A stretch of DNA of 56,642 nucleotides, counting the filler, from Stramenopiles sp. TOSAG23-3 (taxonomy: Eukaryota): NCBI GenBank assembly GCA_900128585.1. It is 6 parts of 6 records of this genome, joined end to end, with 100 filler letters (N's around TTAATTAATTAA, not from the genome) between each part and the next. Parts side by side here need not be neighbours in the genome. Positions count along the whole stretch, not along the records: positions 33,922 to 50,755 come from LT642475.1; positions 50,856 to 52,718 come from LT645308.1; positions 52,819 to 54,681 come from LT645309.1; 3 more parts are not named here. One strand, 5' to 3'. Below the pieces are notes generated by a model that was not told where the DNA came from, made no database searches, and saw only the letters and a program-made list of their open reading frames with translations. This document shows positions 42,556-53,185 of this stretch, in pieces. The position numbers and the translations under genes are program-made. Positions within the stretch are counted from its first letter, which is position 1. The number at the start of each line of letters is the position of its first letter.

Positions 42556-43248
42556 TGAGTTCACCAACACACTATTTCCAACTGCGTTCACTAAAGTCCG
42601 CACAACGAATTCACTGGGAACAATACATATTATTCATACAAAACCCTTAAGAGAAGATGTAGTAGTTTCGTAAAAATTAAATATTCATATCTTGTGAATT
42701 AATTTAGTAGCTAATGGATTCCGTTTATATTTTAAAAATAATAAAATAATAAAAAAATTCTTCTCCTACCTGTAATAATAACTAACAACAAACACAACAA
42801 CAACCACCACAAAAATAAATATATAATAATAATAATAATGCTTTGTTGTTTGTTCATCGTTTTATCGCACTTGTTGTTGTAATGAAGAATTGGTCAATTT
42901 TTATTATTTTTTATAGAAATAAAATAATAATAAAGAAATGACCGACGAAATTTTTTTTTCTCGCCCTCCCTGTCGCACGCTAGCAGCATGCAATAGGCCC
43001 GGGTTGAAAAAAAAATTTCGTCGTGCCCGGACGCGCTCAACGACGACGACGCTCAAAACATAATACGAGAGTTGTAATTAGGGTTGTTATTTTTGTTCAG
43101 AAGAAGAGAAGACGTGGTGCTCGCGTACTTCTTCTTTCAAACTTCATTTTTTTACTATTTGGTTGATGATATTACTGGATGTACTACTATATGGATGGAA
43201 ATGTTCACTATAAAAAATTTCTCAGATTCATATTATTACGTGCGCAAT

Positions 43249-44298
43249 TCATTTCTCCAAAAGCAATTGAGCTATTTGCACAGCATTCAACGCCGCACCT
43301 TTCAACAACTGATCTCCCGCGATGAACATTTCAATGCCATACCCTTTTTCCACCGACTGATCGTACCTGACCCGCCCCACTAAAATATCGTGATTGCCAT
43401 TCGCCAGAATTGGTTCTGGGTGTTTGTTATTCTGCCTATCGTCGACGATGGTGATCCCGGGGGAATCCTTGAGTATTTCGTACACTTGTTCTAGTGTCGC
43501 TTTCTTCTTAAACTGAAGGTTAATAGATTCGCAGTGAGACCGAAGGACGGGGACCCTAACACAGGTCACTGCTACGCGAAAGTCCTCTCCGAATATTTTT
43601 GGCGTCTCCTCTATCATCTTCCATTCCTCCTCGTTGTAGCCATTGTCTTCATACACGGGAGCGTTGTGACAAAACAAGTTAAAAATATACTGCCGTCCAA
43701 AAATGTCTTGGGTCAACGGAACTCCATCAACCCAATCTTTGGCCTGCTGCCGGAGCTCCTCCATCGCGTCCAACCCAGCACCAGACGCCGCCTGGTACGT
43801 TGACACCACGGCGCGGTCCACCCCGAACGCTTTGTGAAGGGGAAACACGGGCACGTTCATTAAAATCGTCGTGCAGTTTGGGTTTGCAATAATGCCGCGG
43901 TGAGCTTCAACCATGTGGCCATTGACTTCTGGGATGACCAAAGGGCAGTCGGGATCCATGCGAAACTCGCTGCTGTTGTCTATCACAACGCAGCCAGCCT
44001 GGGCTGCCTTCGGTGCCCACTCCTTGCTGAAATTACCGCCCGCACTGAACAGCGCAATATCAACTTTGTCAAAGCTATCCTCTTGAACCACTTGACATTT
44101 GTACGAACGATCTGCAAACACCACTTCGTCTCCCGCCTCATCTGGGTGAGCCCAAAACGTACATTCATTGAAAGGAAAGTTAAGTTGTTCCAGACAATCC
44201 CTCATAGCAATACCGACAGCACCAGTAGCACCAGCAATCCCTATGTTCGGCTTTCGGAACCCCGCCGTCCTACGTAGGCCTAGGACACTTTTCTGCAT
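43249..44298 (-). CDS. asd: Aspartate-semialdehyde dehydrogenase
   Basis: GATGAVG, IDNSS.FRM, PEVN, the catalytic NPNCTT, YQAASGAG, CVRVPVLRSH and DQLLKGAALNAVQIA. Confidence 0.96.
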   Translation of the reverse strand: MQKSVLGLRRTAGFRKPNIGIAGATGAVGIAMRDCLEQLNFPFNECTFWAHPDEAGDEVVFADRSYKCQVVQEDSFDKVDIALFSAGGNFSKEWAPKAAQAGCVVIDNSSEFRMDPDCPLVIPEVNGHMVEAHRGIIANPNCTTILMNVPVFPLHKAFGVDRAVVSTYQAASGAGLDAMEELRQQAKDWVDGVPLTQDIFGRQYIFNLFCHNAPVYEDNGYNEEEWKMIEETPKIFGEDFRVAVTCVRVPVLRSHCESINLQFKKKATLEQVYEILKDSPGITIVDDRQNNKHPEPILANGNHDILVGRVRYDQSVEKGYGIEMFIAGDQLLKGAALNAVQIAQLLLEK

Positions 44299-45414
44299 GC
44301 TCTATTAATTGAAAAAATACAAGTTGCACTCCTGTCAAGAAAATATACTATCACGTCATGGGTTCGCAAAGTACCGTTTCCCCCCTCCTCTAAACAGAAT
44401 ATTATCAATGCATCTTTCATTCATTTTCATTATTTCACAAAGTTTGCAAGTTGATTTTATTGGATCATTGTCGTCTAATAAATGACGACGAACTATTTTC
44501 TTGATGATTATTCCTCCTCCCTTCTCTATCTATCGTGTCGTCGTAATAATAATATAAAAACAACACAAAAAAACAAAACGTCAATGATGAGGAGATATTC
44601 TAAAATAATACCGAGTTGGTAAGAAGAAATCCCAAATCACTTCGGTACTGCCTTCCTTCCGTTCTACTGTACCTGGTATTAATTAGTCAAATATTGGAAT
44701 CTTCTGTAATAATTGATAGGGAAAATTCGCGTCTTAAATACATGTAGCATATACTTATTTGACTACTATTAAATGTGTCAATCAAAGCTTTTCTTCTTCT
44801 TCTTTTTATAAAATAATAAAATAACAACTAAAAAAAATAAAAGGCCATTATAATAGTGCCAATTAGAGCAGCGTCCTATATATTCTACTACTACAACTCG
44901 TACTCATACATCGTCCACACAAAAAAGCTCCCTTCAAGCAAAAACAACAGTAACACAACAACGAAAAAAAAAAAGGTAAAACAAATCACAAGAAAGCAGG
45001 TGATTAATATTTTATTAGGAGCGCAACAACAAGAAGAACAAAAAAAAAAAAAAAAAAATAATCTAAAAAAATGGAGGGAGGAGGAGAGAGAGGAGGAGAG
45101 AATGAATATTAATAATTAAATAATAATAATAATAATAATTAATTAAATAATAATAATAATAGACTAAGAAGAAGAAGAAAAAAATGCGATCATCATCATG
45201 TTTGTATAATACGGTGAGAAGGCGAGAAAAGAGAAGAACAACAGAGATATCAGAGTTAAGAGTGAGTGAGAGGCAAGTGATTAGAGAATTGGCGGACGAG
45301 AAACAAGCACGCAAACGAACGGGCTGTAGTATAAATTTCTGGATACAGGTAAGATTGCACTGTATAGTACGTATCGCAAACAACGTTATTCGACGGTATT
45401 ATTAAAGGACCACG

Positions 45415-46770
45415 ATGGCGACTTTTGTAGCTACTAAAGCTGTGAAGGAGAAGGAGGCTTTGATGCCAAACACGGAGAGAAATGCAAAGTTTCGTGTGTT
45501 GATGTCAAAGCGGGACAATAAAACCTGTTTTGACTGCGGGACGAACAATCCAAAGTGGGCTACGGTAACTTACGGCGTTTTTATTTGCCTCGGGTGCAGT
45601 GCACACCACCGTCGTATGGGCGTTCACGTAACGTTTGTCCGGTCGTGCGACATGGACAAGTGGACCCCTTCTCAAATGGCTGTTATGAAAAATGGGGGAA
45701 ACAAACGCGCCCGAAATTTCTTCCAAGAGCACGGCTGGTCAGAGCAACGATCCAACCTGGACTTGATACAGAAAAAGTACAACAGCACGGCCGCGAAGCT
45801 TTACCGAAAAAAATTGCAGAAAGAAGTCGCCCCGCCGTCCCCAATGACCCCCCCGTCGAACGCGTCTCCGGCAGTCGTGAAAGGAGGCCTGGAAGCATTG
45901 AAATTGGAGGCTGCCAACATGGCGTCCAAGACTCCAGTAGACCCCCCTTCCCCCCAATTTATTGAAATCAAGAAAATTCAACGGAAAGTTTCCGCGGAAG
46001 ACTCTGCCAAAGTAGTTGTTCGCAGCCTGAAGTCATCTGGATCGGGAGCAATGAAGAAGGGAATGAAACCTGGCCTGCGGAAATCTAAGAAAAAAAAGGG
46101 TGGCTTGGGTGCCGTTCGCCTAGGCGGTAGTTCCAAAGGGAAAGGTCTTCTTGGCAAGAAGAAAAATCAAGTCACTGATGATGCGTTCGAGAAGGCGTTG
46201 GCCGATGCGCCGAAGCAGCACCAAATTGCGATGGACGCTGCCGTTGCGCGCACTATGCAAGAAAAAGAATCTGGCGGGATGAAGAAGTCAAAGTATGGCG
46301 CGAAACCGTCCACTGAACTTGGGAGCCGACGCTACGCTGGGGGCGATGACGAAGACGACGATTTCTTCGGCGCATCCTTCAACGAATCTGTTAGTGGCGG
46401 GAACGGCGGCGACGCCTATGGTAGCAGTGACAAGAAGTATGAGTACAAAGGCCGACCAGCCACGGAGAGGTTCAAGAACAACAAGGGCATCTCATCCGAT
46501 CAGTTTTTTGATTTCGAAGGAGGATCCCGAAAAGAAAGTCGCGTGGCTCAGGAACGAATCGGAAAATTTGCAGGAGCTACATCCTTGAGTAGCGATGCAC
46601 TGTTTGGCCGCGAAGAATCGTTTAACGGGAACAAAAACCGGAGCGAAAGCATGGGTAGTGATATATCTGCTGGAGAGTTTGTCAGAGAGATTTCATCCCG
46701 CGCAGCCGAAGATTTTGCCGCGGCGAAGGAGAAAGCCAAGGACATTATGGGAGCAATTTTTCAACGCTAA
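45415..46770 (+). CDS. ArfGAP2/3 (Glo3/AGD8-9-like)
   Basis: CFDC…NPKWATVTYGVFICLGCSAHHR.MGVHVTFVRS, GGN, and the Glo3 motifs KGISSDQFF and ATSLSSDALFG. Confidence 0.93.
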   Translation: MATFVATKAVKEKEALMPNTERNAKFRVLMSKRDNKTCFDCGTNNPKWATVTYGVFICLGCSAHHRRMGVHVTFVRSCDMDKWTPSQMAVMKNGGNKRARNFFQEHGWSEQRSNLDLIQKKYNSTAAKLYRKKLQKEVAPPSPMTPPSNASPAVVKGGLEALKLEAANMASKTPVDPPSPQFIEIKKIQRKVSAEDSAKVVVRSLKSSGSGAMKKGMKPGLRKSKKKKGGLGAVRLGGSSKGKGLLGKKKNQVTDDAFEKALADAPKQHQIAMDAAVARTMQEKESGGMKKSKYGAKPSTELGSRRYAGGDDEDDDFFGASFNESVSGGNGGDAYGSSDKKYEYKGRPATERFKNNKGISSDQFFDFEGGSRKESRVAQERIGKFAGATSLSSDALFGREESFNGNKNRSESMGSDISAGEFVREISSRAAEDFAAAKEKAKDIMGAIFQR

Positions 46771-47479
46771 ATTGTCATTTTATTAAATTGAGTTTAGACG
46801 ACGACTACTAATAATGTAAAAACCAAAATGCTTCATACATAATACGTATACTGTTGTCCTTTTATTTTTTTAGTATAGTGTCTATAGTAATTAGTCCTAG
46901 TGATCCTTCTCCCCCCCCAGTTTATATAAATATTGATGCTTAAATAACAGCCAATTTTCTTGTTTTTATAAATATTGCAGCGGAGATAGAATAGCATTGC
47001 CACGCTTCTTCCAAATTCGTAGACGACTACGGTACGGAACCAGGTACAAACCTCTATTAATACCTGTATTAATAATACCGGTACAGGTAACAGGTAGGGT
47101 ACGTACCAGTGACATCATATTAATACCTGTTCCCTACCCGACCTGGGTTCGGGTACCACTGTACAATTAATATCTGAAGAGGACCCCGTGCTGAGATAAC
47201 GGTATTTCGCACAGCAGTCCAAATTAATAATAATACAGCAACAACATGACCACAGTGAGAAACTCCCCCCCCTCTCCTCCATGTTCACCCCTCACCAAAA
47301 ACAACAGTCAAGCGGTAGAAGCATGGAAAACTCCCTTCGTGGCAATTTCAAGCGGGCCGAGATGAAAATCAGGGGTTAGCCTTTTGCATCCATTGGAACA
47401 TTCGCACCAAACAATAATTTACAACAACATTGAACGCACATGCCGGGATATTAGGCGGGAGAAGTAAGGGATAGGAAAC

Positions 47480-50299
47480 ATGGACGCTGGTGGATCTGTG
47501 ACAACAGTGTCCGAAGTGGCTCCCCCTCCCGTGGGGAAAGGTAGGAAGGAAAGTCTGGAAATTTTAGTGCAAGATGTGAAAGACTTGCTGTCGAGGGCCA
47601 CAAAACATGGCAGAATTCTTGTTGGAAGGGACGATGAGAATGGGCTTGGCGACGACATTTTCCCGGCATCCACTCGTCGCTATCGAAAAAAAATGAAGTG
47701 GTATTCCAGGGACGTGATTACCTCCGTACGAAGCACGTACGTGCCAGACCATACACTTTCTTTGGAACAGGACGACGGGCGCGAAACAGACGAAGAGTCG
47801 GAAATATTGGACAGGGCCCCAGTCCATGTACCATTTAGACAAATTTTAGAAGGAGAATGTAAATATTTATTAGATCATAGAAAGAAAGTGGAAGCGGCAG
47901 AAGCAAGGGTGCAAGATGTAGTGGTAGAAGAGAAGGCCTTGAGTGACGTTAGTGGGGTCGAGTATAACGACCTGGAAGCTATTGTCAAAGACGTGCTTGT
48001 CACGGACTTTCTTGTCTCCAGCAGGACTATTACTGCATGGTACCACACACAACCGGGAAATCAGGTAAAACGAGGGGGTTCTCTCTCCTGGGAAACCGAG
48101 ATTCACATCTCATCTAGTGTTAACAAGCCTGGAGGGGATTGGATGAAACGGCCCGATCGCTTTTCAATGATCGATCGCACAGAAAGCTACGATTACGTGT
48201 CCCTTCTTCCAGTGGTTTACCGCCCTGAAGGGTATGACCCTGAATACGAAGCGGAGTTGCTATGGGAACAGTACACGCAGAAGCGGCGGCGGGAACAGTT
48301 GGCGAAGGAATCAGAAGAACGCGAGCGCCTGGCAGAGATGAAAGAGTTTTTGCGGCTGCGACAAGCAGCAAAGGAACGGGAGAGCCGGGTGTGGGAGAGA
48401 CCTGCATGGTTTGCATCGGTCGACGTATTTCTCAGTAACAATGAAGGCAATGGGTATGTTCGACAATTCGGTGTGCTCACGAAGAAATATCATGCAAGCC
48501 AGTACTTGTTAACTGGGAGCCCCTTTCACGCACTTTCAAGAACGAAAATGCATATCCTTATAAAAAACTGCAAGCATTTTCAAATTTCGTACCCGAAACA
48601 GTGGCTCACCCGACTGTACCGGAAGTATTGCGTTCGACCCCAAGATGAATTCGAGAAAGCATCGCTGGGGGTTGCGCGGGAGAAATTTACGACCCCAGGC
48701 GTAATCGATGTCGATTATTTTCTCACTAAATTTAGCATAAAGACTCCTTCATTAGCAAAAGCTGCAATTGGGGCACACATCGACATTAGGGGGGCCCTGA
48801 TGCCGTTTGACGCCTTCGTGATGAATATTTTTAATTTTATTAGATTCAACCCAGTGCAAGTCGCGACAGTTGCCATGTACGGCATTTACGACTTAAAAAG
48901 TCAAGCGGAGGGGTATTTAATGGAAAATTTTTTGATGATTATAAACCGTTTGCATGGAACGGAAGGCAATCCTCTGGCCGAAGATTTATCTGACTCAGAC
49001 TATGAGGAAGAGAACAGAGAGGAGCTGCACTCTCGTTTCATTGAGAGGCGCGACAAAGCATGGGTAGCCAGGTATATTTTGCAGTCTGTGAGGTCTGACT
49101 GCACTTCTGCCGAATTCGTCAAAAGGGTTTTGGAGTTTCCAATTCTTTTGTGGCCTATATTTGATTTGCAGCAACAATTTCGAAGGAAGCTGTTTGGTGA
49201 AGATTTTTGGAGAAAATACGCAATAAACCACAGCACGGAGGGATTCCCTCCAGAGATAGAACAATTATCAAAGTACCTCAATACTGCAAAGCACCACAAA
49301 ATGTCTGAAAAGCTTGCGTGGGGGCTGACATCTCGGTCGATGCTTGTGGACGGTGCTCGTCGCCGTCACTCCTCCGCTTTGATTTCTAAATCTTTCCTTC
49401 AAAGTGTTTTCGGCCGCTCTAGGAGCAGAAACGAGAAGATACTCTTGATCCAGGTGTGGTGGCGCCTTCTGAAAGAAGAGCACAAGGCCAGATCACTCTT
49501 GAGCGAATTAGAAAGTACGCTGAAGCAGAATAGGCAACAGTTACAAAAGATTGAATCAAAAGTAGAGAAACTCTCAAAAAAAGAACGAAAACAAAAACAA
49601 AATTTGGGCTCTGCTATTGAGCGACTCAACGCTCAGGTGAATTACACTCGTGACATTGCCTTCCCTTCTGTATCCATGAGGGACCGTATTAAGCAGAGAG
49701 AAATTGAGTACCATAATAACGCTCCCTCTGAATCGTCCCCAGAAATTTCTGGGGCATCGTCCCTCAATGGTGGCAGTGTATTACCTCCGATAGAGGGGGC
49801 CAGCCGCCCAGAAACGTTGGGTATTGAAACGGAATCAATTGAGAAAGGCACCTGCATCGTTCCACACTGTTATGCGACTATCGACTGGATGGACGAAATT
49901 GATTGTGCAGGCTTATGCTCAGCTTGCCGCACGTACTCGGTAAACTATTGGGCGATGCAAGCGGGTTATAAGTGGTCTTATCGTCTCGTAAGAAGGGCAC
50001 AGAGATGTAGGCAGACCATTGACCCGAAAGTTTTAGAATCAAACACTTGGCTTATGTTCCGCGATGCATTGGTTCGCTCGAATTTTTACTTCAACGTCAA
50101 CACAGGCGAACCCCGGTGGCAGTTGCTACAAAGGCACTATAAAAACCGAAAAACACTAAAAATAGTGAAGCTGAAAGACGTGCTTACTTGGGAAAAAGAA
50201 AGGGCCATGAAGCGCAAATTTGCTGCTGAAGTGAAGAAAGCCCAATTGGCCAAAGAGCTTGCAATGGCAAAAAAGAACAGATACAGGAAAAAGCACTAG
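47480..50299 (+). CDS. Hypothetical protein with a degenerate EF-hand-like region, coiled coils and a C-terminal WW-like domain
   Basis: 939-aa ORF containing EFVKRVLEFPILLWPIFDLQQQFRRKLFGEDFW and the WW-like WLMFRD…FYFNVNTGEPRW. Confidence 0.65.
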   Translation: MDAGGSVTTVSEVAPPPVGKGRKESLEILVQDVKDLLSRATKHGRILVGRDDENGLGDDIFPASTRRYRKKMKWYSRDVITSVRSTYVPDHTLSLEQDDGRETDEESEILDRAPVHVPFRQILEGECKYLLDHRKKVEAAEARVQDVVVEEKALSDVSGVEYNDLEAIVKDVLVTDFLVSSRTITAWYHTQPGNQVKRGGSLSWETEIHISSSVNKPGGDWMKRPDRFSMIDRTESYDYVSLLPVVYRPEGYDPEYEAELLWEQYTQKRRREQLAKESEERERLAEMKEFLRLRQAAKERESRVWERPAWFASVDVFLSNNEGNGYVRQFGVLTKKYHASQYLLTGSPFHALSRTKMHILIKNCKHFQISYPKQWLTRLYRKYCVRPQDEFEKASLGVAREKFTTPGVIDVDYFLTKFSIKTPSLAKAAIGAHIDIRGALMPFDAFVMNIFNFIRFNPVQVATVAMYGIYDLKSQAEGYLMENFLMIINRLHGTEGNPLAEDLSDSDYEEENREELHSRFIERRDKAWVARYILQSVRSDCTSAEFVKRVLEFPILLWPIFDLQQQFRRKLFGEDFWRKYAINHSTEGFPPEIEQLSKYLNTAKHHKMSEKLAWGLTSRSMLVDGARRRHSSALISKSFLQSVFGRSRSRNEKILLIQVWWRLLKEEHKARSLLSELESTLKQNRQQLQKIESKVEKLSKKERKQKQNLGSAIERLNAQVNYTRDIAFPSVSMRDRIKQREIEYHNNAPSESSPEISGASSLNGGSVLPPIEGASRPETLGIETESIEKGTCIVPHCYATIDWMDEIDCAGLCSACRTYSVNYWAMQAGYKWSYRLVRRAQRCRQTIDPKVLESNTWLMFRDALVRSNFYFNVNTGEPRWQLLQRHYKNRKTLKIVKLKDVLTWEKERAMKRKFAAEVKKAQLAKELAMAKKNRYRKKH

Positions 50300-50375
50300 T
50301 TCGGTATTCCCGGTACGAGGTAGTCTTTAAATTATGTAGTAAGAATTCTTCTTTTTTTAATTTTTACAAACAACT

Positions 50376-50755
50376 TTACTTTGTGAGTTCAACCCGGGCC
50401 CTGAATACCATTGATTCGCTAGTGTGCTCATTGAAATATGTCTTTACGTATCCTCGTGCTTCTTCGAACCCGCGGGCTTCAGCTTTCAACAAATCAGCTC
50501 CCATTCTGTCTTTCCATTCTGTTCTAAACCGATTCTCAACTTTGCGCAACACATTAATGCGCCATTTATGAAAGAAAACATTCTTCAATTTACATTTGGC
50601 GAGCGCACTGCTTGCTAATCCCTCTTGTTCGGCTTTCAGAAGAGCTGCGTCTGACTTGCCCTTGACTTCGGCCAAAAATCGCTGCACGACCTTGCGCAAC
50701 ACATTGACGTGCCATTTGTGGAAGAATATATTCTTCGTTTTACACTTAAACAGGG
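50376..50755 (-). CDS. 3' fragment of a protein with an internal repeat
   Basis: Two copies of CKxKN[IV]FFHKW..NVLRKV..RF…A.LLKAE..G. The frame is open to the contig end. Confidence 0.55.
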
Positions 50756-50855
50756 NNNNNNNNNNNNNNNNNNNNNNNNNNNNNNNNNNNNNNNNNNNNT
50801 TAATTAATTAANNNNNNNNNNNNNNNNNNNNNNNNNNNNNNNNNNNNNNNNNNNN
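50756..50855. other. Artificial contig linker
   Basis: 44N-TTAATTAATTAA-44N. Confidence 0.95.
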
Positions 50856-51201
50856 TACTGTTCAACGTTCATCTAACAACGTTATTCTTATGTACTTGTT
50901 TTGTCTTTTCTCGTCTTCTTTATTTATTTCTCTTCCCATAATTTTACTCGTTCTTCTTTTACCAATTGGTATCTTTTTAAACTAATTCATTTATTCTCTA
51001 GAGTAGTACTAATAATTAATTTTTTAATATTTCTATTATTATATTCCCTAAATTTGGTGTCCTAATTTCCCATATAAAGGGTTTGGGTTTTGAGATTTGT
51101 ATTCGATTGATCTCTTCTGTTCAAATCAAAACACATACAGACAATTAAGGGCTGCACTCACAGTTCAAGCTATTTTACCACAATTGGGGTATACAAAAAA
51201 C

Positions 51202-52389
51202 ATGTTTAAAAAGGCGAAAGTCAATGGGGAAAATCATGGCACGCAAAAGAAGGAGAAGAAAGGAGGGATACATTCATGTGTAAGGCTGTCGTACAAGTGG
51301 GATGGTGATGATGCAGCAGATATATTGGTGAATAATGCTGTTCTAACAGCATTAACATTGTCGTTTATAATTGGCTTGCTATTCACAATCTCATTCGAAG
51401 AAATGGCTAGGCATGATACATTTTATGCACTGCATAACTCGATTTCATTTAGGAAAATGGTTGCTTCAACAATTGACATGAGCGCAATAAAAATACCAGA
51501 TATGTCGGACAGGATGGGTGCAGATGAGTTTGTGAAATGGAATGCCACTTGTTATGATGATGTTTCAAAATGCCTATTGGCAGGAAAAGATGACCCGACG
51601 GACTGGCAGACCGTTCCTGCTGAATGGTATTCATTTGTGTATTTAATCTTACCCACCATAGACCCACAATTGACGCAGTCATTCGTTGCATTCGATAATA
51701 GTAAGCAGTCGTCCTTCTCTGGTGCAACCCTCCAACTTTGGGGTGCACCTTGGGGAAACTCAGCAGCTTTAATGCGAATAACATCCTTTGCTACTGGGTT
51801 AACGACGTGCGTTTTTATTTTTAGTATTCTTGCGTATAATTCGCTGATGCTAAGCGGTGCAAAACATGATGAAGAGAAATTAAAACGATGGTGGTCTTTC
51901 CATGCATTCCCAGTTATATTGTCAAATTACATGGTGCTTTTTGTTTACATTATTTTTGGAGTATCTTCAATTTGGGTGGTTGCTCTGCGCTATCCAAACT
52001 ACGTAAACGTGGAAATGTATGTAGTTGACCAATGGTACGTTTTATGGCTCCCAATATTATTGTGTATGCTAATTATATTATCTGCCTGGCTACTTCTGAA
52101 CTGCAAAGAAACCTTGGAAATAAAAGAGGAAAAGGAAGAAGCTAAAAAATCTGCGATGATTGAAAAATTTGAGGAATGGGCCGCACTATTTGGTGAACAT
52201 GGACTTGAAGTTGAAACTATGGCTAAAATGAAAAATCAACAAGTCTTAAATGAGATGTTAAAAGAAATTAATGTATCTCTGAAAGACCGTTTACAAATTC
52301 TAGTTCTGTTGCAAGAGTACAAGAGTATTGGTCATGTTATCAAAGAATACAAAAAGAGAGGCAATATGTTCATATCAAAAACTAAATAA
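51202..52389 (+). CDS. Multi-pass membrane protein with a possible C-terminal SAM-like domain
   Basis: About four hydrophobic helices. The tail WAALFGEHGLEVETMAKM…LKEINVSLKDRLQIL resembles SAM helices. The CDS is AT-rich. Confidence 0.6.
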   Translation: MFKKAKVNGENHGTQKKEKKGGIHSCVRLSYKWDGDDAADILVNNAVLTALTLSFIIGLLFTISFEEMARHDTFYALHNSISFRKMVASTIDMSAIKIPDMSDRMGADEFVKWNATCYDDVSKCLLAGKDDPTDWQTVPAEWYSFVYLILPTIDPQLTQSFVAFDNSKQSSFSGATLQLWGAPWGNSAALMRITSFATGLTTCVFIFSILAYNSLMLSGAKHDEEKLKRWWSFHAFPVILSNYMVLFVYIIFGVSSIWVVALRYPNYVNVEMYVVDQWYVLWLPILLCMLIILSAWLLLNCKETLEIKEEKEEAKKSAMIEKFEEWAALFGEHGLEVETMAKMKNQQVLNEMLKEINVSLKDRLQILVLLQEYKSIGHVIKEYKKRGNMFISKTK

Positions 52390-52608
52390 CTTCCTACTAG
52401 CATAAGCAAGCAGATTTTAAAAAATCTTATTATATAATGTAATTGACGACTCTCCTATTATTTATTTCATTGAAGTGTGGTCAGTTTTTAATATCCATCC
52501 AGATTTTAAAGATGGTTCATTTTTATATAAAGAATCATCCGAGTCCCATGTGGTATCTGGGTACAGTATAATAGTCTAAATTAATTATTAATTTAAATTT
52601 TTAATCGA

Positions 52609-52718
52609 TTACATCGACGCCTGGTCCAACGCCCAGTTTCTAGGAATCACCGGACAGTGGAAAGAAGAGGACATCATCGCGCCGAACCGACTCCGAGCCA
52701 CCTTCCCGCGCAGACATG
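52609..52718 (-). CDS. Possible 3' end of a minus-strand gene
   Basis: A GC-rich stretch at the contig end reads …RGKVARSRFGAMMSSSFHCPVIPRNWALDQASM-stop. Confidence 0.3.
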
Positions 52719-52818
52719 NNNNNNNNNNNNNNNNNNNNNNNNNNNNNNNNNNNNNNNNNNNNTTAATTAATTAANNNNNNNNNNNNNNNNNNNNNNNNNN
52801 NNNNNNNNNNNNNNNNNN
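52719..52818. other. Artificial contig linker
   Basis: 44N-TTAATTAATTAA-44N. Confidence 0.95.
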
Positions 52819-53185
52819 TGGGACTGCCGACATCTACCGCGTGGTCGACGAGACGATCGCTGAAGTCCGCGACTCCGTCATAGTAGGGAAGCAAGTGGGG
52901 AAAATTGGCGGCGACGAGGTCAAGGTTGTGTTGTTCGTCTTAATGGCCGAGGGTTGTGCGCTGACCCCGAAGCTGAAACACTTGATTCGCAACCGTATCC
53001 GCGATGCTTGCTCTGCCCGCCATGTCCCTAATGTCATTCTCACTTGCCCCGATATCCCGTATACGATTAGTGGGAAAAAAGTGGAATTGGCCGTCAAAAA
53101 AGCTTTGGAAGGGAAGGCTATCAAGAACAAGTCTGCCCTGCGCAACCCTGACTGCTTAGAGTTTTACATCAAAGCCAAAGTCTGA
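52819..53185 (+). CDS. AACS: Acetoacetyl-CoA synthetase, C-terminal fragment
   Basis: GTADIYRVV…VVLFV…SARHVP…DIPYTISGKKVELAVKK…N.SALRNPDCLEFY. Confidence 0.85.
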
